Below are positions 27,786 to 41,100 of a DNA stretch of 64,000 bases, one piece after another. Position 1 is the first letter of the stretch. Each line of letters begins with the position of its first letter. Source of the stretch: the human T2T-CHM13v2.0 reference genome, Homo sapiens; the NCBI RefSeq assembly GCF_009914755.1, contig NC_060940.1, one strand, 5' to 3'. The translations under genes and the position numbers were made by a program. Below the pieces are notes generated by a model, which saw only the letters and a list, made by a program, of their open reading frames with translations, was not told the origin of the DNA and did no database searches.

Positions 27786-29240
27786 CTCGATGATTCCATT
27801 GGATTCCATTCGATGATGATTCCATTCAAATCCATTCGATAATTCAATTCAAGTCCATTCGATGATGATTCCAATCGAATCCATTCAAAGATTCCATTCA
27901 ATTCCATTCGATGATGATTCCCTTAGATTCCATTCGATGATTCCACTTGATTCCATTTACGATGATTCCATTCGATTCCATGTGATGAATCCATTCAATT
28001 CTATTCAATGATGTTTCCATTTGATTCCATTGGACCATAATTGCCTTTGATTCCATTCAATGATTCCATTCGGTTCCATTTGATGATGATTCCGTTCGAT
28101 TCCATTTCATTATTCCATTTGATTCCATTGGATGAGTCCATTCGATTACATTCGATGATTATTCCATTCGAGTGCATTAGATGATTGCATTCGAGTCCAT
28201 TCGATGATTCCATTCGATGTTGATTCTGTTCAAATCCATTCGATGATTCCACTCGATTCCATTTGATGACTCCATTTGATCCCATTCGATGATTTCCTGT
28301 GATTCCCTTTGATGATCATTCTATTTGATTCAATTCGGTGATTTCATTTCATTCCATTCAGTGATGTTTCCATTCGACTGTATTCCATGATGATTCCATT
28401 CGACTCCATTCGATTATGATTTCATTCAATTCCATTCAATAATGATTCCATTCGAGTCCATTCGATGATTCCATTCGATTCCATTCAACGATGATTTGAT
28501 TCCTTTCCATTCGATGATTCCATTGGATTCCATTCGATGATGATTCCATTCAAATCCATTCGATAATTCAATTCAAGTCCATTCAATGATGATTCCAATC
28601 GAATCCATTCAAAGATTCCATTCAGTTCCATTCGATGATTCACTTAGATTCCATTCGATGATTCCACTAGATTCCATTTACGATGATTCCATTCGATTCC
28701 ATGTGATGATTCCATTCAATTCTATTCAATGATGTTTCCATTTGATTCCATTCAACCATGATTGCCTTTGATTCCATTCAATGATTCCATTCGGTTCCTT
28801 TTGATGATGATTCCGTTCGATTCCATTTGATGATTCCATTTGATTCCATTGGATGAGTCCATTCGATTACATTCGATGATTATTCCATTCGAGTGCATTA
28901 GATGATTCCATTCGAGTCCATTCGATGATTCCATTCGATTCCATTCGATGTTGATTCTGTTCAAATCCATTCGATGATTCCACTCGATTCCATTCGATGA
29001 CTCCATTTGATCCCATTCGATGATTTCCTGTGATTCCCTTTGATGATCATTCCATTTGATTCAATTCGGTGATTTCATTTGATTCCATTCAGTGACGTTT
29101 CCATTCGACTCCATTCGATGATGATTCCATTCGACTCCATTCGATTATGATTTCATTCAATTCCATTCGATAATGATTCCCTTCGAGTCCATTCGATGAT
29201 TCCATTCGATTCCATTCAACGATGATTTGATTCGTGTCCA
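27786..29240 (+). repeat. Internal tandem duplication (R R') within 6.8-kb unit 3, with the first copy 10 bp shorter
   Basis: Marker R variants at ~28036 and ~28757. Junction at ~28495-28526. Confidence 0.88.
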
Positions 29241-30540
29241 TTCGATGATTCCATTTGATTCCACTTGATGATGATTCCATTCGAGTCCATTTGATGATTC
29301 CATTCAATTCCATTCTCCGATGATTTCTTTTGAGCCCATTCAATGCTTCCACTCGATTCCATATGATGATGACTCCATTCGATGAAATTCGATGATGATT
29401 CCATTCGCTTGCGTTCGATGATGATTCCACTTGAGTCCGTTAGAAGATTCTATTCAAATACATTCCATGACGATTCCGTTCGAGTCCATTTGATGATTCC
29501 ATTAGACTCCATTCGACGATGATTCCATTCGATGTTATTCGATGATTCCATTCGATCTCATTCGATGATGATTCCATTCAACTCCATTCGATGTTTCCAT
29601 TCGAGTTCATTCTATTATTCCATTAGATTCCATTCGATGATGATTCCATTCGATTCCATTTGATGATTGCATTCTATTTCATTTGATGATGATTCCATTC
29701 GAGTCCACTCGATGATTCCATTCGAGTCCATTTAATGAATCCATTGGTTTCAATTCTATGATGATTACATTGGATTCCATTCGTTGATGATTTCATTCGG
29801 TTCCATTCAATGATGATTCTATTCAATTCCTTTCAATGTTTCCATTCAATTCCATACGATGATGATTCCATTTGATTTGATTCGACAGTGAGCCATTCGA
29901 TTCAATTCCATGATGATTCTATTTTATTCAATTGGTTGACATTTCCATTCGATTCCATTCGATGATGATTCCCTTTGATTCCATTCAAAGATGATTCCAT
30001 TCTAGCCCATTCAATCATTCCATTCGATTCTATTCAATGATGATTCCATTCATGTCGATTTGGTGATTCCATTTGACTTCATTTGATGATGATTGCTTTC
30101 AAGTTCATTAGATGATTCCATTCGATTCCATTTGATGATGATCCCATTCGAGTCCATTTGATGATTCCATTCGTTTCCATTCCATGATGATTCCATTCCA
30201 TTCCATTCAATGATTCCATTCGATTCCGTTTGGTGATGATTTCATTCGAGTCCATTTGATGATTCCATTTGATTCCATTCGATGATGATTCCATTCGAGT
30301 CCATTCGATGATTCTATTCGAATCCATTTGATGATTTCTTTTGATTATATTTGGTGATGATTCCATTGGAGTCCATTCAATGATTCCATTCGATTTCAAT
30401 CGATGGTGCTTCCATTAGAGTCCATTTAATGATTCCATTTGATTCCAGTCTCTGATGATTACATTCGAGTCCATACGATGATTCCACTCAATTCCATATG
30501 ATGATGATTCCATTCGATTCCATTCGATGATTCCATTCGA
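28480..30540 (+). repeat. Single ~2,062-bp transitional unit (R' S T) bridging the 6.8-kb and 3.2-kb arrays
   Basis: Marker S 29433 to 31495 and homologous ORF coordinates 29089 to 31151 are both 2062 apart. After T (30446) the sequence jumps back to the R/R' junction motif at ~30545-30590. Confidence 0.85.
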
Positions 30541-32230
30541 TTCCATTCAACGATGATTTGATTCGTTTCCATTCGATGATTCCATTGGATTCCATTCGAT
30601 GATGATTCCATTCAAATCCATTCGATAATTCAATTCAAGTCCATTCGATGATGATTCCAATCGAATCCATTCAAAGATTCCATTCAGTTCCATTCGATGA
30701 TTCCCTTAGATTCCATTCGATGATTCCACTTGATTCCATTTACGATGATTCCATTCGATTCCATGTGATGATTCCATTCAATTCTATTCAATGATGTTGC
30801 CATTTGATTCCATTCGACCATGATTGCCTTTGATTCCATTCAATGATTCCATTCGGTTCCTTTTGATGATGATTCCGTTCGATTCCATTTGATGATTCCA
30901 TTTGATTCCATTGGATGAGTCCATTCGATTACATTCGATGATTATTCCATTCGAGTGCATTAGATGATTCCATTCGAGTCCATTCGATGATTCCATTCGA
31001 TTCCATTCGATGTTGATTCTGTTCAAATCCATTCGCTGATTCCACTCGATTCCATTCGATGACTCCATTTGATCCCATTCGATGATTTCCTGTGATTCCC
31101 TTTGATGATCATTCCATTTGATTCAATTCGGTGATTTCATTTGATTCCATTCAGTGATGTTTCCATTCCACTCCATTCGATGATGATTCCATTCGACTCC
31201 ATTCGATTATGATTTCATTCAATTCCATTCGATAATGATTCCCTTCAAGTCCATTCGATGATTCCATTCGATTCCATTCAACGATGATTTGATTCGTGTC
31301 CATTCGATGATTCCATTTGATTCCACTTGATGATGATTCCATTCGAGTCCATTTGATGATTCCATTCAATTCCATTCTCCGATGATTTCTTTTGAGCCCA
31401 TTCAATGCTTCCACTCGATTCCATATGATGATGACTCCATTCGATTAAATTCGATGATGATTCCGTTCGCTTGCGTTCGATGATGATTCCACTTGAGTCC
31501 GTTAGAAGATTCTATTCAATTACATTCCATGACGATTCCGATCGAGTCCATTTGATGATTCCATTAGACTCCATTCGACGATGATTCCATTCGATGTTAT
31601 TCGATGATTCCATTCGATCTCATTCGATGATGATTCCATTCAACTCCATTCGATGTTTCCATTCGAGTTCATTCTATTATTCCATTAGATTCCATTCGAT
31701 GATGATTCCATTCGATTCCATTTGATGATTGCATTCTATTTCATTTGATGATGATTCCATTCGAGTCCACTCGATGATTCCATTCGAGTCCATTTAATGA
31801 ATCCATTGGTTTCAATTCTATGATGATTACATTGGATTCCATTCGTTGATGATTTCATTCGGTTCCATTCAATGATGATTCCATTCAATTCCTTTCAATG
31901 TTTCCATTCAATTGCATACGATGATGCTTCCATTTGATTTGATTCGACAGTGAGCCATTCGATTCAATTCCATGATGAATCTATTTTATTCAATTGGTTG
32001 ACATTTCCATTCGATTCCATTCGATGATGATTCCCTTTGATTCCATTCAAAGATGATTCCATTCTAGCCCATTCAATCATTCCATTCGATTCTATTCAAT
32101 GATGATTCCATTCATGTCGATTTGGTGATTCCATTTGACTTCATTTGATGATGATTCCTTTCAAGTTCATTAGATGATTCCATTCGATTCCATTTGATGA
32201 TGATCCCATTCGAGTCCATTCAGTGATTCC

Positions 32231-32426
32231 ATTCGTTTCCATTCCATGATGATTCCATTCCATTCCATTCAATGATTCCATTCGATTCCGTTTGATGATG
32301 ATTTCATTCGAGTCCATTTGATGTTTCCATTCGTTTCCATTCCATGATGATTCCATTCCATTCCATTCAATGATTCCATTCGATTCCGTTTGGTGATGAT
32401 TTCATTCGAGTCCATTTGATGATTCC
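32231..32426 (+). repeat. 98-bp tandem duplication present in every 3,194-bp unit (first instance shown)
   Basis: ATTCGTTTCCATTCCATGATGATTCCATTCCATTCC begins at 32231 and again at 32329. The homologous sites at ~3706, ~6678 and ~30169 carry only one copy. Confidence 0.9.
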
Positions 32427-35400
32427 ATTTGATTCCATTCGATGATGATTCCATTCGAGTCCATTCGATGATTCTATTCGAATCCACTTGATGATTTCTT
32501 TTGATTATAGTTGGTGATGATTCCATTGGAGTCCATTCAATGATTCCATTCGATTCCAATCGATGGTGATTCCATTAGAGTCCATTTAATGATTCCATTT
32601 GATTCCAGTCTCTGATGATTCCATTCGAGTCCATACGATGATTCCACTCAATTCCATATGATGATGATTCCATTCGATTCCATTCGATGATTCCATTCTA
32701 TTCTAATCGATGATGATTCCATTCGATTCCATTCGATGATGATTGGATTCGATTCCATTTGATGATTTCATTTGATTCCATTCGTTAATGATTTCGATCA
32801 ACTCCATTCGATGATTCCATTCGATTCCATTCGATAATGATTACATCCGAGTCCATTCGATGATTCCATTTGAGCCCGTTCGATAATTCCATTTGAGTCC
32901 AATCAATGATTCCATTCATTTCCATCCAATGATTCCATTCGAGTCCATTTGATCATTCTGGTAGGGTCCGTTCGATGTTGATTCCATTGGAGTGCATTCG
33001 ATGATTCCATTCGAGTCCATTTTATGATTTGATTCGAGTCCTTTCGATGATTCCATTCGATTCCACTCGATGATGATTTCATTCGAGTCCATTCGACACT
33101 TCCAATCGATTCCATTTGATGTTTCCATTCGAGTCCAATTGATGATTCCATTCAATTCCATTCGATGATGATTCCGTACGATTCCATTCTGTGATGATTC
33201 CATGTGATTGCATTCAATGATGATTCCTTTCGATTGCATTCGATTGTGATTCATTTCGTGTTCATTCTATGGTTCCACAGGTTTCCATTCGTGTCCATTC
33301 CATTATTCCATTCTATTCCATTTCATGATGATTCCATTCGATTCCATTCATTGGTGATTCCACTCAATTCCATTCAATGATTCCATTCCATTTCTTTCAA
33401 CAATGATTCCATTAGTTTCTAATCGATGATCCACTTGATTCCATTTGATGACGATTCCATTCTTGCCATTCGATGATTCCATTTGATTCCATATGATGAT
33501 GATTCCATTCGATTCCATACGATGATGATTCCATTCGAGTCCATTCAATGGTGATTCCATTCCATTCCATTCCATGATTCCTTTTGATTCCATTCGATGA
33601 TGATGGCATTCGATTCCTTTCAATCATTCCCTTTGATTCCATTCAAAGGTGATTTCATTCAAGTCCATTCGATAATTGCATTCGATTCCATTCTATGATG
33701 ATTCCATTCGAGTCCATTTGATGATTCCATTCAATTCAAGTCAATGATGATTCCATTCGATTCCATTCGATGATTCCATTGGATTCCATTCGATGATGAT
33801 TCCATTCAAATCCATTCGATAATTCAATTCAAGTCCATTCGATGATGATTCCAATCGAATCCATTCAAAGATTCCATTCAGTTCCATTCGATGATAACCT
33901 TAGATTCCATTCGATGATTCCACTTGTTTCCATTTACGATGATTCCATTCGATTCCATGTGATGATTCCATTCAATTCTATTCAATGATGTCTCCATTTG
34001 ATTCCATTCGACCATGATTGCCTTTGCTTCCATTCAATGTTTCCATTCGGTTCCTTTTGATGATAATTCCGTTCGATTCCATTTGATGATTCCATTTGAT
34101 TCCATTGGATGAGTCCATTCGATTACATTCGATGATTATTCCATTCGAGTGCATTAGATGATTCCATTCGAGTCCATTCGATGATTCCATTCGATTCCAT
34201 TCGATGTTGATTCTGTTCAAATCCATTCGATGATTCCACTCGATTCCATTCGATGACTCCATTTGATCCCATTCGATGATTTCCTGTGATTCCCTTTGAT
34301 GATCATTCCATTTGATTCAATTCGGTGATTTCATTTGATTCCATTCAGTGATGTTTCCATTCCACTCCATTCGATGATGATTCCATTCGACTCCATTCGA
34401 TTATGATTTCATTCAATTCCATTCGATAATGATTCCCTTCAAGTCCATTCGATGATTCCATTCGATTCCATTCAACGATGATTTGATTCGTGTCCATTCG
34501 ATGATTCCATTTGATTCCACTTGATGATGATTCCACTCGAGTCCATTTGATGATTCCATTCAATTCCATTCTCCGATGATTTCTTTTGAGCCCATTCAAT
34601 GCTTCCACTCGATTCCATATGATGATGACTCCATTCGATTAAATTCGATGATGATTCCGTTCGCTTGCGTTCGATGATGATTCCACTTGAGTCCGTTAGA
34701 AGATTCTATTCAATTACATTCCATGACGATTCCGATCGAGTCCATTTGATGATTCCACTAGACTCCATTCGACGATGATTCCATTCGATGTTATTCGATG
34801 ATTCCATTCGATCTCATTCGATGATGATTCCATTCAACTCCATTCGATGTTTCCATTCGAGTTCATTCTATTATTCCATTAGATTCCATTCGATGATGAT
34901 TCCATTCGATTCCATTTGATGATTGCATTCTATTTCATTTGATGATGATTCCATTCGAGTCCACTCGATGATTCCATTCGAGTCCATTTAATGAATCCAT
35001 TGGTTTCAATTCTATGATGATTACATTGGATTCCATTCGTTGATGATTTCATTCGGTTCCATTCAATGATGATTCCATTCAATTCCTTTCAATGTTTCCA
35101 TTCAATTGCATACGATGATGCTTCCATTTGATTTGTTTCGACAGTGAGCCATTCGATTCAATTCCATGATGAATCTATTTTATTCAATTGGTTGACATTT
35201 CCATTCGATTCCATTCGATGATGATTCCCTTTGATTCCATTCAAAGATGATTCCATTCTAGCCCATTCAATCATTCCATTCGATTCTATTCAATGATGAT
35301 TCCATTCATGTCGATTTGGTGATTCCATTTGACTTCATTTGATGATGATTCCTTTCAAGTTCATTAGATGATTCCATTCGATTCCATTTGATGATGATCC

Positions 35401-38199
35401 CATTCGAGTCCATTCAGTGATTCCATTCGTTTCCATTCCATGATGATTCCATTCCATTCCATTCAATGATTCCATTCGATTCCGTTTGATGATGATTTCA
35501 TTCGAGTCCATTTGATGTTTCCATTCGTTTCCATTCCATGATGATTCCATTCCATTCCATTCAATGATTCCATTCGATTCCGTTTGGTGATGATTTCATT
35601 CGAGTCCATTTGATGATTCCATTTGATTCCATTCGATGATGATTCCATTCGAGTCCATTCGATGATTCTATTCGAATCCACTTGATGATTTCTTTTGATT
35701 ATAGTTGGTGATGATTCCATTGGAGTCCATTCAATGATTCCATTCGATTCCAATCGATGGTGATTCCATTAGAGTCCATTTAATGATTCCATTTGATTCC
35801 AGTCTCTGATGATTCCATTCGAGTCCATACGATGATTCCACTCAATTCCATATGATGATGATTCCATTCGATTCCATTCGATGATTCCATTCTATTCTAA
35901 TCGATGATGATTCCATTCGATTCCATTCGATGATGATTGGATTCGATTCCATTTGATGATTTCATTTGATTCCATTCGTTAATGATTTCGATCAGCTCCA
36001 TTCGATGATTCCATTCGATTCCATTCGATAATGATTACATCCGAGTCCATTCGATGATTCCATTTGAGCCCGTTCGATAATTCCATTTGAGTCCAATCAA
36101 TGATTCCATTCATTTCCATTCAATGATTCCATTCGAGTCCATTTGATCATTCTGGTAGGGTCCGTTCGATGTTGATTCCATTGGAGTGCATTCGATGATT
36201 CCATTCGAGTCCATTTTAGGATTTGATTCGAGTCCTTTCGATGATTCCATTCGATTCCACTCGATGATGATTTCATTCGAGTCCATTCGACACTTCCAAT
36301 CGATTCCATTTGATGTTTCCATTCGAGTCCAATTGATGATTCCATTCAATTCCATTCGATGATGATTCCGTACGATTCCATTCTGTGATGATTCCATGTG
36401 ATTGCATTCAATGATGATTCCTTTCGATTGCATTCGATTGTGATTCATTTCGTGTTCATTCTATGGTTCCACAGGTTTCCATTCGTGTCCATTCCATTAT
36501 TCCATTCTATTCCATTTCATGATGATTCCATTCGATTCCATTCATTGGTGATTCCACTCAATTCCATTCAATGATTCCATTCCATTTCTTTCAACAATGA
36601 TTCCATTAGGTTCTAATCGATGATCCACTTGATTCCATTTGATGACGATTCCATTCTTGCCATTCGATGATTCCATTTGATTCCATATGATGATGATTCC
36701 ATTCGATTCCATACGATGATGATTCCATTCGAGTCCATTCAATGGTGATTCCATTCCATTCCATTCCATGATTCCTTTTGATTCCATTCGATGATGATGG
36801 CATTCGATTCCTTTCAATCATTCCCTTTGATTCCATTCAAAGGTGATTTCATTCAAGTCCATTCGATAATTGCATTCGATTCCATTCTATGATGATTCCA
36901 TTCGAGTCCATTTGATGATTCCATTCAATTCAAGTCAATGATGATTCCATTCGATTCCATTCGATGATTCCATTGGATTCCATTCGATGATGATTCCATT
37001 CAAATCCATTCGATAATTCAATTCAAGTCCATTCGATGATGATTCCAATCGAATCCATTCAAAGATTCCATTCAGTTCCATTCGATGATAACCTTAGATT
37101 CCATTCGATGATTCCACTTGTTTCCATTTACGATGATTCCATTCGATTCCATGTGATGATTCCATTCAATTCTATTCAATGATGTCTCCATTTGATTCCA
37201 TTCGACCATGATTGCCTTTGCTTCCATTCAATGTTTCCATTCGGTTCCTTTTGATGATAATTCCGTTCGATTCCATTTGATGATTCCATTTGATTCCATT
37301 GGATGAGTCCATTCGATTACATTCGATGATTATTCCATTCGAGTGCATTAGATGATTCCATTCGAGTCCATTCGATGATTCCATTCGATTCCATTCGATG
37401 TTGATTCTGTTCAAATCCATTCAATGATTCCACTCGATTCCATTCGATGACTCCATTTGATCCCATTCGATGATTTCCTGTGATTCCCTTTGATGATCAT
37501 TCCATTTGATTCAATTCGGTGATTTCATTTGATTCCATTCAGTGATGTTTCCATTCCACTCCATTCGATGATGATTCCATTCGACTCCATTCGATTATGA
37601 TTTCATTCAATTCCATTCGATAATGATTCCCTTCAAGTCCATTCGATGATTCCATTCGATTCCATTCAACGATGATTTGATTCGTGTCCATTCGATGATT
37701 CCATTTGATTCCACTTGATGATGATTCCATTCGAGTCCATTTGATGATTCCATTCAATTCCATTCTCCGATGATTTCTTTTGAGCCCATTCAATGCTTCC
37801 ACTCGATTCCATATGATGATGACTCCATTCGATTAAATTCGATGATGATTCCGTTCGCTTGCGTTCGATGATGATTCCACTTGAGTCCGTTAGAAGATTC
37901 TATTCAATTACATTCCATGACGATTCCGATCGAGTCCATTTGATGATTCCATTAGACTCCATTCGACGATGATTCCATTCGATGTTATTCGATGATTCCA
38001 TTCGATCTCATTCGATGATGATTCCATTCAACTCCATTCGATGTTTCCATTCGAGTTCATTCTATTATTCCATTAGATTCCATTCGATGATGATTCCATT
38101 CGATTCCATTTGATGATTGCATTCTATTTCATTTGATGATGATTCCATTCGAGTCCACTCGATGATTCCATTCGAGTCCATTTAATGAATCCATTGGTT

Positions 38200-41100
38200 T
38201 CAATTCTATGATGATTACATTGGATTCCATTCGTTGATGATTTCATTCGGTTCCATTCAATGATGATTCCATTCAATTCCTTTCAATGTTTCCATTCAAT
38301 TGCATACGATGATGCTTCCATTTGATTTGATTCGACAGTGAGCCATTCGATTCAATTCCATGATGAATCTATTTTATTCAATTGGTTGACATTTCCATTC
38401 GATTCCATTCGATGATGATTCCCTTTGATTCCATTCAAAGATGATTCCATTCTAGCCCATTCAATCATTCCATTCGAATCTATTCAATGATGATTCCATT
38501 CATGTCGATTTGGTGATTCCATTTGACTTCATTTGATGATGATTCCTTTCAAGTTCATTAGATGATTCCATTCGATTCCATTTGATGATGATCCCATTCG
38601 AGTCCATTCAGTGATTCCATTCGTTTCCATTCCATGATGATTCCATTCCATTCCATTCAAGGATTCCATTCGATTCCGTTTGATGATGATTTCATTCGAG
38701 TCCATTTGATGTTTCCATTCGTTTCCATTCCATGATGATTCCATTCCATTCCATTCAATGATTCCATTCGATTCCGTTTGGTGATGATTTCATTCGAGTC
38801 CATTTGATGATTCCATTTGATTCCATTCGATGATGATTCCATTCGAGTCCATTCGATGATTCTATTCGAATCCACTTGATGATTTCTTTTGATTATAGTT
38901 GGTGATGATTCCATTGGAGTCCATTCAATGATTCCATTCGATTCCAATCGATGGTGATTCCATTAGAGTCCATTTAATGATTCCATTTGATTCCAGTCTC
39001 TGATGATTCCATTCGAGTCCATACGATGATTCCACTCAATTCCATATGATGATGATTCCATTCGATTCCATTCGATGATTCCATTCTATTCTAATCGATG
39101 ATGATTCCACTCGATTCCATTCGATGATGATTGGATTCGATTCCATTTGATGATTTCATTTGATTCCATTCGTTAATGATTTCGATCAACTCCATTCGAT
39201 GATTCCATTCGATTCCATTCCATAATGATTACATCCGAGTCCATTCGATGATTCCATTTGAGCCCGTTCGATAATTCCATTTGAGTCCAATCAATGATTC
39301 CATTCATTTCCATTCAATGATTCCATTCGAGTCCATTTGATCATTCTGGTAGGGTCCGTTCGATGTTGATTCCATTGGAGTGCATTCGATGATTCCATTC
39401 GAGTCCATTTTATGATTTGATTCGAGTCCTTTCGATGATTCCATTCGATTCCACTCGATGATGATTTCATTCGAGTCCATTCGACACTTCCAATCGATTC
39501 CATTTGATGTTTCCATTCGAGTCCAATTGATGATTCCATTCAATTCCATTCGATGATGATTCCGTACGATTCCATACTGTGATGATTCCATGTGATTGCA
39601 TTCAATGATGATTCCTTTCGATTGCATTCGATTGTGATTCATTTCGTGTTCATTCTATGGTTCCACAGGTTTCCATTCGTGTCCATTCCATTATTCCATT
39701 CTATTCCATTTCATGATGATTCCATTCGATTCCATTCATTGGTGATTCCACTCAATTCCATTCAATGATTCCATTCCATTTCTTTCAACAATGATTCCAT
39801 TAGTTTCTAATCGATGATCCACTTGATTCCATTTGATGACGATTCCATTCTTGCCATTCGATGATTCCATTTGATTCCATATGATGATGATTCCATTCGA
39901 TTCCATACGATGATGATTCCATTCGAGTCCATTCAATGGTGATTCCATTCCATTCCATTCCATGATTCCTTTTGATTCCATTCGATGATGATGGCATTCG
40001 ATTCCTTTCAATCATTCCCTTTGATTCCATTCAAAGGTGATTTCATTCAAGTCCATTCGATAATTGCATTCGATTCCATTCTATGATGATTCCATTCGAG
40101 TCCATTTGATGATTCCATTCAATTCAAGTCAATGATGATTCCATTCGATTCCATTCGATGATTCCATTGGATTCCATTCGATGATGATTCCATTCAAATC
40201 CATTCGATAATTCAATTCAAGTCCATTCGATGATGATTCCAATCGAATCCATTCAAAGATTCCATTCAGTTCCATTCGATGATAACCTTAGATTCCATTC
40301 GATGATTCCACTTGTTTCCATTTACGATGATTCCATTCGATTCCATGTGATGATTCCATTCAATTCTATTCAATGATGTCTCCATTTGATTCCATTCGAC
40401 CATGATTGCCTTTGCTTCCATTCAATGTTTCCATTCGGTTCCTTTTGATGATAATTCCGTTCGATTCCATTTGATGATTCCATTTGATTCCATTGGATGA
40501 GTCCATTCGATTACATTCGATGATTATTCCATTCGAGTGCATTAGATGATTCCATTCGAGTCCATTCGATGATTCCATTCGATTCCATTCGATGTTGATT
40601 CTGTTCAAATCCATTCGATGATTCCACTCGATTCCATTCGATGACTCCATTTGATCCCATTCGATGATTTCCTGTGATTCCCTTTGATGATCATTCCATT
40701 TGATTCAATTCGGTGATTTCATTTGATTCCATTCAGTGATGTTTCCATTCCACTCCATTCGATGATGATTCCATTCGACTCCATTCGATTATGATTTCAT
40801 TCAATTCCATTCGATAATGATTCCCTTCAAGTCCATTCGATGATTCCATTCGATTCCATTCAACGATGATTTGATTCGTGTCCATTCGATGATTCCATTT
40901 GATTCCACTTGATGATGATTCCACTCGAGTCCATTTGATGATTCCATTCAATTCCATTCTCCGATGATTTCTTTTGAGCCCATTCAATGCTTCCACTCGA
41001 TTCCATATGATGATGACTCCATTCGATTAAATTCGATGATGATTCCGTTCGCTTGCGTTCGATGATGATTCCACTTGAGTCCGTTAGAAGATTCTATTCA

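Larger units (their letters stand above)
8700..29100 (+). repeat. Three tandem copies of a 6,803-bp higher-order HSat2 unit
   Basis: Homologous ORF coordinates 9709/16512/23315, 11610/18413/25216 and 12815/19618/26421 are each 6803 apart. The last interval is 6793 (22296 to 29089) because of a 10-bp deletion near 28210. Confidence 0.93.

Noticed and set aside
36211-36225. TTTTAGGATTTG variant shared between ~1303 and ~36214
   Set aside because: A single substitution with no linked variants, so it cannot be distinguished from recurrent mutation.
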